A stretch of DNA of 64,000 nt, from assembly GCA_043814545.1 (NCBI GenBank), contig JBDRJY010000007.1, positions 6,819 through 70,818 of the forward strand, written 5' to 3'. The stretch is from an archaeon. Lineage in GTDB: Archaea > Nanobdellota > Nanobdellia > SCGC-AAA011-G17 > GW2011-AR17. The translations under genes and the position numbers were made by a program. Positions 9,301 to 19,606 of this stretch are shown in pieces. The notes under the pieces are model-generated. The model worked only from the letters and a program-made list of their open reading frames with translations. It had not been told where the DNA came from and did no database searches. Position 1 is the first letter of the stretch, and the number at the start of each line of letters is the position of its first letter.

Positions 9301-10308
9301 AGTGTAATAATCTGTATCATTAACTATTGTCACACTTGAAGGAAACCAAGAAACATTATAATAAGAAAAGATAAACGTCATGTTAGTTCCAGCATTAATG
9401 TTATTCGCACCAAAACTAAAATTTGCTTGCGTATAACCAGCTGCAAAATTAAAATTAGAACCGTTATTCAAAACTAACTCAGCTGCAGGTTTAAAATATT
9501 TAGTTTGATTATTATATAAATCAATAATCTCTGCTTCGGTCAAACTTCTGTTAAAAACTATTACTTCGTCTATTGAACCATTAAACTCTCTTAATCCTGC
9601 AGTGTTAGAACCAAATACCATATCAGCTGTTAAACCGTTAGGTCCCTCATTTACTGTTGTATCTGAAGCTAAAAGAACACTATTACCAAACAAATAACAA
9701 CCTGACTCATTATATAACAATGCATAATGGTACCAAATATCTACAGTCAAAGAATAAGTAGATTTTATAGCTGAACAATCGTTCGAACCATTAGGTGAAG
9801 AAAATTGAAAATAAAGTCCGTTCGTATCATAAGCCTGTATCAATGAAACAGCTCTATCGGCAGAACTTGTTTCTTGATCTATTATAGAAGCAAAATTATC
9901 TCCACTCGAAGTATCACCTCTTGACGTTACCCAAAGAGAAATTGTATAAGTATTGTTTGATGTAATAACATTACCAACATTAATATTTTCATCAATACCG
10001 TCAAAGTGCGCACATTTATCATTAAAACAATTTGAAGCATTAACATAAGCACCACCAGTACCTAGACCATCTTTATTCCTATAACTCAAATCATAATGGT
10101 TAGTAAGTACTGTATCAACTAAATCAGGTTCAAAGTTCCAAAAACAAATAATGTCAGAATCATTTAACGCTATATGGCTCCAGTTTCCGCTTTTAGTAAC
10201 ATTCAAGGCTTCATCAAAATCTGCAACTTCTAAAGACGAAACTAAAGTGATTAAAAGAATTAAACTAATTATACTAAATGTTACCTCTTTAACAAAACGC
10301 ATCTTCAC
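6367..10308 (-). CDS. Large surface glycoprotein: LamG/concanavalin-like domain, right-handed beta-helix region, Ig-like domain and C-terminal anchor
   Basis: Signal peptide; FDGIDE...FNGSIDEVIVFNRSLT (LamG); Asn-rich I-x-N-N-x-F repeats; DPLF...SPAIDAA...DIG closing motif; many N-x-S/T sequons. Confidence 0.8.
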   Translation of the reverse strand: MKMRFVKEVTFSIISLILLITLVSSLEVADFDEALNVTKSGNWSHIALNDSDIICFWNFEPDLVDTVLTNHYDLSYRNKDGLGTGGAYVNASNCFNDKCAHFDGIDENINVGNVITSNNTYTISLWVTSRGDTSSGDNFASIIDQETSSADRAVSLIQAYDTNGLYFQFSSPNGSNDCSAIKSTYSLTVDIWYHYALLYNESGCYLFGNSVLLASDTTVNEGPNGLTADMVFGSNTAGLREFNGSIDEVIVFNRSLTEAEIIDLYNNQTKYFKPAAELVLNNGSNFNFAAGYTQANFSFGANNINAGTNMTFIFSYYNVSWFPSSVTIVNDTDYYTFTFPETTTNLSLNITFNTEDERDTPFLNHTITFNVSTDSSSYFVSSSGDGTNPHSWDGAWPNLSVVQWGDGFGEVGAGDILYIDEGRYQEPLIVGANGSGFTRIDNSTYLNLSTMTNDELAADGWVVITANASDGTLDSDVLITGSELFGKTTNGAVNTGFIHNATFSEIYQATGTMAADDTRTLASCNVTNMSLQNACRYLAKMNDTVQQANDTDGSYYFDNSTKILYVNPFGTNVNITNGTVDYELVKTSRYYMDLDDKTGVVIDGGEGKFLQFRFGSTVVANGVIKTNNMDGDIIFRNHRQFYSDNRGHIAHILTTRLIFYNMVAGKAAGNQAYSHSLIDAADIYGFVFNSTIWDGWESHGNTDDRNPIQEYIVKGNTFKHELHGGNTDTGDLKFLSYYLGDDGYIIIENNIWYGLEDYFQGAGASSAAIGILPQNMGPNLGGKIYIYNNNITIDNSVGFSTTNGKGILIYDLNGTQYFIENNTFRNFNGTDSNAHSALYLGGDIYNTITSDNCIVRNNKFINNMQSIYFLSDNTNRRFNLLNLTISDNFFNGSDNINEGHIELSEWAVTNLTIKNNSFNEIGSSSSNRGLRLYACDGVNKVEGNSFNGNAGGIIFYETADSTTGKIQFFNNIFYQNAESMRLFNLDEGTVEVFNNVFYNNVNGLDLESGSATTSDVIIQNNIFTNNTIGVVDGSSAANTILNYNLWYGNTANVSGTTIGANAVDGDPLFIQPNIKNFTVNISSPAIDAANSSFSVSYDKAGNSRVDALWIPNVGTGDFDYYDIGISEIQMAETVPPSINISSPLQKTTFTFGDVINVTLNVNSTDDNEVSGYWYNLDGGNNVTFRNGTVGLTFSSPSGSTVTHVIYVFVNDSFNNINSTSVLIYLDNGLSNTDQSSDSSSGGGSVNYPVTQEEIPETEEEVLGVDESEKGIEDSLGEELEEEIVEEQEKEPWYLKLYVVKLFRFILDWIILKL

Positions 10309-10338
10309 CTCTTTAATTATTATATAGAGAATAATTAA

Positions 10339-11313
10339 CTATTTAAATTTTGCTACGTAAATACTGTTTTTATTTTCTAAAATTTCTACCTTAACCCTAT
10401 CACCAACTTTAGCTTTACAATTATTCACAGTTATGGCAACGCCTTTAGCTGTTCCTACCATTTGACCGTTTAACCAACCAGGACATACAATGTCAACATA
10501 CAGTTTATCTTTAACATTAAACACAACTGGTAAACGTTTAGACTTTTTAATTTCCAAATCTTTAGAAGTAAGTTTTAACTTAATATCATATTCTTTTTCC
10601 CATTTTTTTAACTGGTCATAAAACTTCCAATAATTTAATGGTTTGATACCTTTAACCTTTTGACTATACCTATAAATTTCATACTTCTGAATTCCGATAG
10701 AAGCGTTTAATTTTTTAGCTAATTTTATAATTCCTTCCACCTGTTCATTATTTAATTTTGGTATCCAAACAGGGCATAATCTTAAAGTAATATCTTTAGT
10801 AGACAAATATTCAGCATTCTTAACAATCTTACCAACATCATAAAACGTTTTTCCACATAATTTTTTTGCCAAAGGTCCATCTAAAGAATTAATAGATAAA
10901 TTAAGAGTAGTTAATCCCGCTTTAACTAAATCGTCAATAAGTTTTTTAGTAAGGTTAGTACCATTAGTTTGCATTGAAACTTTAGGAACTAATTTAGACA
11001 TTTCTTCAACTAGTTTAACTAAGTCTGAATAAGATGTCGGTTCGCCCATAGAATCTATATTAATTTCTTCAACATCGCCTTTATACTTTACAACTTTCTT
11101 AACTTCATCAACTAAATAATCTAATTCTACAATGAAAGAATAAGGATGAAAATCCGAGTTAGCAGTTGAAGTTGAACAAAAAATACAATCTAAGTTACAA
11201 ACTGTTGTAGCCCTAACTTGTAGCAGAGTAGTACCTCTATCTATAATTCCTAAAAAGATTGTCCCAATCAAAGGTATCCCGGACTTTCTAGTTACTTTTA
11301 CAAGCTTTTGCAT
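10339..11313 (-). CDS. Radical SAM protein with C-terminal TRAM-like domain
   Basis: CNLDCIFC (CxxxCxxC), GEPT and QTNG motifs; C-terminal KVGDRVKVEI. Confidence 0.85.
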   Translation of the reverse strand: MQKLVKVTRKSGIPLIGTIFLGIIDRGTTLLQVRATTVCNLDCIFCSTSTANSDFHPYSFIVELDYLVDEVKKVVKYKGDVEEINIDSMGEPTSYSDLVKLVEEMSKLVPKVSMQTNGTNLTKKLIDDLVKAGLTTLNLSINSLDGPLAKKLCGKTFYDVGKIVKNAEYLSTKDITLRLCPVWIPKLNNEQVEGIIKLAKKLNASIGIQKYEIYRYSQKVKGIKPLNYWKFYDQLKKWEKEYDIKLKLTSKDLEIKKSKRLPVVFNVKDKLYVDIVCPGWLNGQMVGTAKGVAITVNNCKAKVGDRVKVEILENKNSIYVAKFK

Positions 11314-11351
11314 AAGAAAAAAATATATAAGAAATTATAAAAAGGTTTTCT

Positions 11352-11969
11352 TTATTCTTCTTCAGTATTAAACTCGTCTTCAGAAGATTTCTCCTCATCT
11401 TCATCGTCAAGAATAGAATCATCTGATTCTTCAACCGGTTTTTCATTCTTCTTAGGCTTATTAACAACTAACAATACACCTACTATTCCTAAAACCAAAG
11501 CTGCAATAACATAAACGATTGAATAATTTTTCTTAAGATCTTCGGAAGGTATAAGCCCTACATCACCAGTAATTCCTGTATCGGTTAACTTTCGTGCATC
11601 AGCATCTTGTAAACCTATTACAACACGACCATCATCTTTAAATTTTAACAAACCTATAGCGAGATCGTTTTCACCGTCTTGATCTAAATCAGTTTCCAAA
11701 GACATTCCAAAATATAAAAACCCGTAAGATTGCTTTTCAGTATCTAAGAAAGGTATTAAACTTATTTTAACATCGCCGTCACGTCCAATACTTTTAACAT
11801 ACAACGAATGTGTTGCACCTAACAATTCAAACCGTACTTCATCTTTTTCTTCTAAAGTTATAGCATTCAATGTACCTTCCTGCAATTCAAGGTCATAACT
11901 ATTTGCAAGAACTAAAGGTAACATTAAAAGTAAAATTAAACTTAAAATAATTATTTTTTTCATCTTCAT
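11352..11969 (-). CDS. Secreted/membrane-anchored hypothetical protein
   Basis: Signal peptide, DLDQDG Ca-binding-like motif, C-terminal TM helix and acidic tail; GGAGG RBS. Confidence 0.7.
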   Translation of the reverse strand: MKMKKIIILSLILLLMLPLVLANSYDLELQEGTLNAITLEEKDEVRFELLGATHSLYVKSIGRDGDVKISLIPFLDTEKQSYGFLYFGMSLETDLDQDGENDLAIGLLKFKDDGRVVIGLQDADARKLTDTGITGDVGLIPSEDLKKNYSIVYVIAALVLGIVGVLLVVNKPKKNEKPVEESDDSILDDEDEEKSSEDEFNTEEE

Positions 11970-11975
11970 ACCTCC

Positions 11976-12935
11976 TTAAACTCGCTTTCTCCAATATTCT
12001 AAAATATCTCTAAGAGTTTGATCAAATGTATACCTAGGTTCCCACCCGGTCAACTCTTTCATTTTTGAACAATCACCTGATAACAACGGCACATCAGAAG
12101 GTCTTACCCTTGCAGGGTCGATCTTAACTTCAACCTGTACTGTTGACATTGCTAATAACTTGTCCAAAACCTGCTGCATTGAAAATGTTGAAGCAGGTCC
12201 AGAACAAATGTTATACACTTCCCCAGGAGTTCCTCTTTCTACTATTAATAAATATGCACGTACAACATCTCGTACGTCGGTAAAATCACGTTTAGCTTCT
12301 AAGCTACCAACTAAAATAACTGGATCTTGTTTACCTTTTTCAATCATAGCAATTTGCTTGGCAAAATTACTACAAACAAAAACATGCCCGCGACGGGGAC
12401 CCGTGTGGTTAAAAGATCTGGTAGCAATAGTTTTCAAGTTATAAGATTTTGAATATTGATAACATAACTTATCACAAGCTACCTTTGACACTGCATAAGT
12501 ACTTAACGGTCGTAATGGATTTGTTTCTTTAATAGGAGTTTCTTCAGGATATACCATTCCATATTCTTCAGACGAACAAGAAACTTGTATAACAGGGTTA
12601 CACGAAGATTTCCGTACAGCTTCAAACAACTGTAAGGTACCTACAACGTTTGTAACCATTGTATCTGTTGGAGCTGTCCACGACATTGGCACATAACTTT
12701 GCGCAGCAAGATGAAAAATGTAATCTGGTTGTGTTTTATCAATCAAAGATTGCATCGCGTGCGCGTCAGTAAGATCGCCAAAATGCAAATCTAATTTATC
12801 TTTGATATGCTCAATGTTATCCATTGGGCTGCGCCATCTAATAAGTCCAGAAACTTTATAGCCTTTAGCCAGCAAATATTCAGACAAGTGTGAACCGACA
12901 AAACCAGTTATACCAGTAATTAAAACATTCTTCAT
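11976..12935 (-). CDS. GDP-mannose 4,6-dehydratase-family extended SDR
   Basis: ITGITGFVGSHL, HLAAQSYV, SSEEYG, YAVSK, RDFTDVRD and RPSD motifs. Start moved to the ATG at 12935. Confidence 0.88.
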   Translation of the reverse strand: MKNVLITGITGFVGSHLSEYLLAKGYKVSGLIRWRSPMDNIEHIKDKLDLHFGDLTDAHAMQSLIDKTQPDYIFHLAAQSYVPMSWTAPTDTMVTNVVGTLQLFEAVRKSSCNPVIQVSCSSEEYGMVYPEETPIKETNPLRPLSTYAVSKVACDKLCYQYSKSYNLKTIATRSFNHTGPRRGHVFVCSNFAKQIAMIEKGKQDPVILVGSLEAKRDFTDVRDVVRAYLLIVERGTPGEVYNICSGPASTFSMQQVLDKLLAMSTVQVEVKIDPARVRPSDVPLLSGDCSKMKELTGWEPRYTFDQTLRDILEYWRKRV

Positions 12936-13021
12936 TATTAGGGGAAAGAAAGTCAAGGTCTTTATAAAATTTATTATATTCAAGTCTTTCTTTATATATG
13001 AGTTATTGTTTAATAGCTAAA

Positions 13022-13375
13022 TTATCTTACTCTAAAGACATCTCCTGCCCCTATTTCTATTTCAGGTTTATCAGGATCATAGAATTTATGGTTTTTTCTT
13101 GGTTCCATGTTTGTAAAAAGAGTCATACGAGATGTTACAAGAAATTTATCTCCTTGTGAATATAAAGTATAACCATTAACATCACGAACATCAAAATCTT
13201 TTAATTTAGGATAAACTTTCATAGGATCAAAGTCAGGATTTAAATCTAAAAATGCAGGTACTAACCAACCATATAAAGTTTGGTCACGCCAATCAGAATG
13301 ACTTTCAGTTAAAACGTCAAACAATTGTTCAAGTGGTGATTTTTCACGGATTTTTAATTTCAAAATCGAGCTCAT
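13022..13375 (-). CDS. Hypothetical protein
   Basis: 117-aa ORF filling the gap, with TATA-like sequence upstream. Confidence 0.55.
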   Translation of the reverse strand: MSSILKLKIREKSPLEQLFDVLTESHSDWRDQTLYGWLVPAFLDLNPDFDPMKVYPKLKDFDVRDVNGYTLYSQGDKFLVTSRMTLFTNMEPRKNHKFYDPDKPEIEIGAGDVFRVR

Positions 13376-13427
13376 AAAAATAAATTATAATATTTAAGTT
13401 TATATAATTTATTATAGTAAAGTCATT

Positions 13428-15674
13428 TTAAGGTAAAGAATACCCTGAGCTAAATATTGGCACTGTTTCAGATTGATAGGTGTATAACACAGAGATAGCA
13501 TAGTTTTTACCACCATACCTTCTATCATCCATTTCAACAGAACTCCAATCAGATAAACTCTCATCAATATTCCCAGAGATATAATAAGTCGTAGGATAAG
13601 CTCGATACCTGCTACAACTTGAACCAGCATCAACTGTACAATGATTTTCAGGGTCAGAAACTTCGTGGCAAGAATTGTCACGATTAACCAACCAAGAATT
13701 AGTGTCAAGTAAAGCATATGCCCAAGCATCAACTATTGAATAATCAGCTTCTAAATAAGCTGCAAATTTCTTTGAAACTTTTTTAGAATGATAAGTGTTA
13801 GATACTAGACTACCATGCATGCCTGATAAAGTGTGAAGACCTGCAAACACACTGCCACTATCACTGGTAGTTGTATACCTTTGCCTTCCATAATCACCTT
13901 GACAATATACGACAGAATTACTTAAACAAGAAAATTGTGCCAGATATTCTAAATCTTTTTCACCTAACTGCGATAAAAAGTAATCGTATAAAGCCGAAGA
14001 TTTATTTTCATAAAGGTAAATTGGTTGATCTTCTGCCCATACTGAACCTAAATAACCGTGACCAAATAAAAATAATAAATCAACATCATCAGCATAATCG
14101 TACGAATCTTCAACAAACCTATTTTTGTAAGATAAATACTTATCATAGTCAGGCCAATAATCCTTAAACTCATCACGAAATTCCTTAGCTGCTGTTTCAA
14201 ACAAATCTTCATCAGTCGAATAATACACTGCAAACTTTGCACCAGCTACGTCTCCAGGGAGCGGCTCACCGGATTGAGGAGGCTTTGTTGTTGATACTGC
14301 GCCTGAAAACTTACACGTACCATGAACACAAACGCCACCGTCATCATCATAATCAAAACAATGTTCATCAATTACACAAGGAAACTTACCATGTCCTAAA
14401 GATTTGTCAACGTAATACATTGGAGTTAAAGAAGTCGAAGTAACTACTGGCGAATATGCGACAAGGTTACCGTCTTTAACTAATGTACCATGACAAGTTA
14501 CTGTCGGCAACAAAAGTTCTTGTGATTGAAAATATGTAGATTCACAATTAGTTACATAAATATTATGCGACTCACCTGCTTCATAAGCCATAACTTCAGT
14601 AATTTCTTTTTTTAATTTTTCAACATTTTTTAACAGAACCTCTTCCTTTTTTTCCGTTGAAAGCACCCAGTTACGTAAGCTTACGCCTGTAACTTCTCCT
14701 GTAAGAGAATTAACTTCAACTTGAATTAAAGAATTTGATACTTGCCTGCCACCAACCAAACGATAAAAACCCGCAGTTTGAAGCACAAAAAAACTGCCTT
14801 CATCAGTTACATCTTTAGTATAAATTATTGCAGCAGTTTGACGTTGATCTAATTGCGTTTGCAAATCTAATTTGTTTGATTGTAAAAATTCTTCTGCTGT
14901 TTGCCAAACTTCATTTTCTTGTAAAGGTTCTAAACTTCCTTCCCTACTAGCTAAAGAAGATCTTACTGCCAACAATTCTTCATCATCAGTTTCATTCGGA
15001 GCAAAATAAACAAAAGATGCGTCAAGATTACCTTCGTTATCTAGCATTACACCAATTTTACTTTTATCTTCTAAAGTTTTTATTTCTTTTACACCAAACG
15101 CTGAAGCCAATTCAACCATTTCTTTTTCAGTTTCTAATCTTGCCGTCGATGACAAGGTAATAAGAACATTATCATCACTATTTAAAATTTCTACCAAATC
15201 TTCTTCAAAACCGGAATAAAATTCAACTTTAGGCGATTCATCTTCAAAATTAAGTTTAGCTAAATTTTCAATTAGAAATAATTTAAGTTTATTAAAAAAC
15301 CCATGAGGCTCAATTCCAATTTGACTATTTATGTATAACCTCTGTAACATTAAACCTTGATTTTCAGTTGACAAAAAATCAGTTAAATCTTTTTCAGCAA
15401 CTGTTAAAGTAAAATCTATGTCTTTAGTATTAATAAAATTAATTTTATCATCTTCAAAAATAAATTGTAAATTTAAACCACAACCTTCAACAACAATTTC
15501 TACTTGCATCCCATCTAAAAAAAAGTTTAAAGGTTGTATATGAGTCAACAATTGTTGATTTTCCATAATCAAACTTTGCGTTTCATCTGCCAAATCATCA
15601 CATGTTGCGGATACGGTAAAAGAAAACAGAATTAAACATACAATAAACAAAATTAAATTTCTTTTTACATTCAT
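13428..15674 (-). CDS. Secreted multidomain protein with a C-terminal putative clan CD (caspase/gingipain-like, DUF6345-like) domain
   Basis: Signal peptide; ADDVDLLFLFGHG ... LEYLAQFSC His/Cys pattern; SIVDAW. Start overlaps the stop of the upstream gene. Confidence 0.6.
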   Translation of the reverse strand: MNVKRNLILFIVCLILFSFTVSATCDDLADETQSLIMENQQLLTHIQPLNFFLDGMQVEIVVEGCGLNLQFIFEDDKINFINTKDIDFTLTVAEKDLTDFLSTENQGLMLQRLYINSQIGIEPHGFFNKLKLFLIENLAKLNFEDESPKVEFYSGFEEDLVEILNSDDNVLITLSSTARLETEKEMVELASAFGVKEIKTLEDKSKIGVMLDNEGNLDASFVYFAPNETDDEELLAVRSSLASREGSLEPLQENEVWQTAEEFLQSNKLDLQTQLDQRQTAAIIYTKDVTDEGSFFVLQTAGFYRLVGGRQVSNSLIQVEVNSLTGEVTGVSLRNWVLSTEKKEEVLLKNVEKLKKEITEVMAYEAGESHNIYVTNCESTYFQSQELLLPTVTCHGTLVKDGNLVAYSPVVTSTSLTPMYYVDKSLGHGKFPCVIDEHCFDYDDDGGVCVHGTCKFSGAVSTTKPPQSGEPLPGDVAGAKFAVYYSTDEDLFETAAKEFRDEFKDYWPDYDKYLSYKNRFVEDSYDYADDVDLLFLFGHGYLGSVWAEDQPIYLYENKSSALYDYFLSQLGEKDLEYLAQFSCLSNSVVYCQGDYGRQRYTTTSDSGSVFAGLHTLSGMHGSLVSNTYHSKKVSKKFAAYLEADYSIVDAWAYALLDTNSWLVNRDNSCHEVSDPENHCTVDAGSSCSRYRAYPTTYYISGNIDESLSDWSSVEMDDRRYGGKNYAISVLYTYQSETVPIFSSGYSLP

Positions 15675-18600
15675 TTTTTCTTTACCAGATCAGACGTTTT
15701 CTTAAACGAAGATTCCAATTGTTGGTCTAACTTAGAAGGTTTAAACTCTTGTTTCTTAGCAGTAAACAATTTTTGTGGATTCACAGGCGTAAGTTTTCGC
15801 TTCGTGTTAAATGTTTGAGACTTTTGTTTCTTTTTATAATATATGTAACCTAAATAAACTAATGCTAATAACAAAATCAGGAAAACTAAAATATAAAACC
15901 AAGGTAAAGCAAAACCTTCTTCACAATCTTCAGGACAATTGTTTTCAGTTTCACCATAAGAAGAATCACACCTTTCATTCGGACACAAAGGCATACTATC
16001 AGTTGAATCATCTAAACCATCAGAATCTGAATCCACTTTATACGCACTCGTCCCAATAGAACTTTCATACTTATCACTCAAACCGTCACCGTCAGAATCT
16101 TTGTCAATATCACCAACACCTGAACACGAAGGACATGATGAACCGCCACAATCAACACCGTCTTCGTTACCGTTTCGTAAACCATCATTACATGAAACAC
16201 TTTCACAAGGTTCACAAATAGAACCGCCACAATCAATCTCTTCTTCATCCTGGTTCATAACTGTATCATAACAAGTTGGAAATAAATCGTCAGTAACTTG
16301 ACAATTTTCGTCGTCATTATCCACATAACCGTCACAATCATTATCCAAACCGTCGTTGCAAACTTCTGGGAAAGATTCAATATCATCTTCACAATCACTC
16401 CACGAACCGTTAACACAGAATTGTATACCAGCAACACAAATACCTACGTCAACGCCACAAGTTTGATTCATTCCTTCAGAACAACCACAATTTTCATCAA
16501 CTTCGCCATCACAATCATTGTCTACATTATCACAAACTTCATCACTCCCACCACTGTAAGCAGAACCCGAACAGATTGACCATAAACCATTATCACAATA
16601 TTGTACACCCGACGAACACGCACCAACATCAGTGCCACAGTTTTTAGTTTCGCCAATTGTACAAACACAACCTTCATCAGTTGACCCATCACAATCATCA
16701 TCTAAAGTGTTACAATATTCAGTTTCAGCATAAACAGCACCTTCACAATCACCCCAACCACTATTACTACAAGTTTCAACACCGTACAAACATATGCCTA
16801 TATCAGAATCACCGCATTGTTGCGTATCCTCGTCGGTACAAGCACAACCTTCCTGATCTACACAGTTAGGGTCAGTACAATCAAAGTAACCGTCACAGTC
16901 GTTGTCAAGACCGTCGTTACAGGTTAACTCTTGTTCTTCAGTAGCTTCACAAGTTTCAGCACAATGGTCTTGGTCGTAAGGATCACCAGTCCGGCCACAA
17001 ACAGTATAATCACAATAACTTTCACTAATCCATTTATAATTGTTACACCATTCACCAGCATAAGTATCACAAGTATTTTGCGAACAAACATCAGTACCAC
17101 AATCATAATCTTTGCTACCACAATTCAAACAATAATCTTCAGTTGTCCAACCGTTACTATCACAATATAAATTTTGACCTACATCACACGAACCTTCAAC
17201 ACAACTTTCATAATCAGCATCAACACCACCACAGTTTTGTTCATAATAAGCATAAACCCATTCGCCAAAGCTACAATACGAATTAGATTCAGTGTCACAA
17301 TATCCAGCCAAACATTCACCATACCCAGAACAATCATCATAATCATAAAGTGAACAAGTGTCGCAATAATCAGTCGAGTCCCAACCGCCGTTATGGCACC
17401 ACATATCAGAAGCAACATCACAAGCATTTTCAACACAACCTGACGAGTTAGCAGGATCTTCAGTTATAGATTCACAATATGTATCATCTTCGTCGCAAAG
17501 AACTTGACAATCCGAATCTTGCGCACCGCAAACATGACAATAGTTGTCAGAAACTTGGTTACCTAAATCATCGCACCAAGTGTTATCTTCCAAGTTACAT
17601 ACACCAGGAGTACAAGCACCAAGACAATCAGAATCTTCAGCATCAGTATCACCGTCGCAATCATTATCAATGTTATCTTCACAAGTGCCAAAAGTTTCTT
17701 TTTCAGCGCAAACTAAAAAATCGCCGGAATTATATTTGAAACAATCAAAACCTTCACCGCAAACCCATGAAGTGTACGAAGTATATTCACCAGCATCTTC
17801 ACTTTCAACAGTGTACGAACATTTCACATCTTCATCATACATCTCCACTGTACAAAACGTTTTATTATAACATTCGTTGTTAACCGGTGGCACATCACCG
17901 TCACCGCAAACGTAAAGATTCTTTGTACAAACACCACCTTCATCAATTTGTTCATCACAATCATTATCTTTTCCGTCGCAAATTTCTAAAGCGTAAGGAT
18001 TTATTGAAGGGTAAGCATCATCACAATCTAACTGTTCATAGGTACACTCAGAATGTTCGAACGCACCAAACCCGTCGTTATCTTCATCATAACAACCGCC
18101 TAAAGGATAAACTTGCATCTTCATAAAAATATTAAAATCAGAAGGTTGCACAGCGTCAAAACTAATTGACTTCACTGGTAATGAACGAGTAAATTCAAAC
18201 CCTGAAAACGAATCATAAAATCCGCCTTCTTCAGTATCACCGTTAACAATAATTTTGTTACCTGTTGAATCATCTTCACTTGACAATGCAAACTGATACT
18301 GGCAACCGTTATACAACTCGACAGTAAAATCTCTTATTTTGATTGAACTAAAAGTTTCATAATCAGCATTGTTATAACAATGTTTATCTTTATCATTTTG
18401 TGTAACACAACAATCAGGACGACAATAACCAGCAAATTCAATATGTCTTCTTAACGGTTTATTAATTTCATACTCATAATGATAATAATTTCCACCTGAA
18501 GGATACAACCCAATTTCAGTAAACGGCGTTGCATCATTTATTGCACATTCAGACTCAGGATCAACCCCTTCTTTTGAACAAACACCTTCACTAATAATCC

Positions 18601-19606
18601 AACCTTCATTAAAATCTACCAAGTTATCTGGGACTTCAAGCTTAATTGTTTCAATATCAGAATTATCATTTTCAATTGAAGAAATTTCTCTAACTTCTGA
18701 ATCAGTATACGAATAAATGTTCCAATCGTAAACATCAGAATCGTAATCTAAAGTATACTGTGCATTTGCGCCAACCTGACCATAACATTGGTAAACACCG
18801 TCACCGTCAAGATCTTCACAGGTAGGATCAATTTCATCAATGCGCGGACACGAAATATCTTCAGGCACACAGTCAAGGTCTAACGAATCAATACAATCAT
18901 TCTCGTCCCCTAACTCTTTTCCAGGATAACAACAATCTTGGTCACAAACAGGAAGCACGCCAGGTGTATCACTTTCAGAAATAGGATAACAACCATTATC
19001 AGGAAGATTATTTACTTGAACATCAGCGCAATCAGGATCATAATTACCAGGACAATACGTGTTACATACACCATCTTCGTCAATGTTACACCCCATTGGC
19101 ACGTCACAAAAGATAAATTCCAAATCACTACCGGCTTGAATTTCGGCGTCGTCAGGGTTAGTCATGAAATGTTGCCAGTCACCGCAAGTATGATACTCAC
19201 ACTCTTCCTCGTCGATAATTATCGCATAATCTCCAAAAGAATCAACTTCCGCATGTAAGGAAAAATAATCTTCGTCTTCAAGGTAAGAACTATCTATTTC
19301 GACCCATTCACCATTTTCATATTTGGCAAACAAAACATCACGTTTATCTTCGCACGGCACTCGATCTGTTTCATACATGTAAGGATAAGCTGCAGGCAAA
19401 ATTATTGTAAGACCATTCGGCACTTCGTCAGCTCCTGAAAAACGAAAAACATTACCAATAACAAGGTTACAATCATTATAACCAGACAAAACACAGTCAG
19501 GAATTTCTTGGATAGTATAACCTTCATTATCCGCAGTTGCATTTAAAGAAAATATTAGTAAACATAAAATTAAAAGTAAAAAAAGTTTAGCACGCAAAAC
19601 ATACAC
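15671..19606 (-). CDS. Giant Cys/Asp-rich membrane-anchored surface protein
   Basis: Signal peptide; repeated E-x-C-(D/N)-x-x-D-(N/D)-D-C-D-G-x-x-D-E units; DCGG repeats; DSDGDG Ca-binding motifs; C-terminal TM helix and basic tail. Confidence 0.85.
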   Translation of the reverse strand: MYVLRAKLFLLLILCLLIFSLNATADNEGYTIQEIPDCVLSGYNDCNLVIGNVFRFSGADEVPNGLTIILPAAYPYMYETDRVPCEDKRDVLFAKYENGEWVEIDSSYLEDEDYFSLHAEVDSFGDYAIIIDEEECEYHTCGDWQHFMTNPDDAEIQAGSDLEFIFCDVPMGCNIDEDGVCNTYCPGNYDPDCADVQVNNLPDNGCYPISESDTPGVLPVCDQDCCYPGKELGDENDCIDSLDLDCVPEDISCPRIDEIDPTCEDLDGDGVYQCYGQVGANAQYTLDYDSDVYDWNIYSYTDSEVREISSIENDNSDIETIKLEVPDNLVDFNEGWIISEGVCSKEGVDPESECAINDATPFTEIGLYPSGGNYYHYEYEINKPLRRHIEFAGYCRPDCCVTQNDKDKHCYNNADYETFSSIKIRDFTVELYNGCQYQFALSSEDDSTGNKIIVNGDTEEGGFYDSFSGFEFTRSLPVKSISFDAVQPSDFNIFMKMQVYPLGGCYDEDNDGFGAFEHSECTYEQLDCDDAYPSINPYALEICDGKDNDCDEQIDEGGVCTKNLYVCGDGDVPPVNNECYNKTFCTVEMYDEDVKCSYTVESEDAGEYTSYTSWVCGEGFDCFKYNSGDFLVCAEKETFGTCEDNIDNDCDGDTDAEDSDCLGACTPGVCNLEDNTWCDDLGNQVSDNYCHVCGAQDSDCQVLCDEDDTYCESITEDPANSSGCVENACDVASDMWCHNGGWDSTDYCDTCSLYDYDDCSGYGECLAGYCDTESNSYCSFGEWVYAYYEQNCGGVDADYESCVEGSCDVGQNLYCDSNGWTTEDYCLNCGSKDYDCGTDVCSQNTCDTYAGEWCNNYKWISESYCDYTVCGRTGDPYDQDHCAETCEATEEQELTCNDGLDNDCDGYFDCTDPNCVDQEGCACTDEDTQQCGDSDIGICLYGVETCSNSGWGDCEGAVYAETEYCNTLDDDCDGSTDEGCVCTIGETKNCGTDVGACSSGVQYCDNGLWSICSGSAYSGGSDEVCDNVDNDCDGEVDENCGCSEGMNQTCGVDVGICVAGIQFCVNGSWSDCEDDIESFPEVCNDGLDNDCDGYVDNDDENCQVTDDLFPTCYDTVMNQDEEEIDCGGSICEPCESVSCNDGLRNGNEDGVDCGGSSCPSCSGVGDIDKDSDGDGLSDKYESSIGTSAYKVDSDSDGLDDSTDSMPLCPNERCDSSYGETENNCPEDCEEGFALPWFYILVFLILLLALVYLGYIYYKKKQKSQTFNTKRKLTPVNPQKLFTAKKQEFKPSKLDQQLESSFKKTSDLVKKK

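Noticed and set aside
13412..19258. Many short alternative-frame and antisense ORFs inside the large surface-protein genes
   Set aside because: They lie within long coding genes, have no motifs, and their composition reflects the codon bias of the real frame.
15671..19606. Diversity-generating retroelement target or multiheme cytochrome
   Set aside because: No reverse transcriptase or TR/VR pair was seen; the Cys motifs are CDxxDNDCDG-type, not repeated CxxCH.
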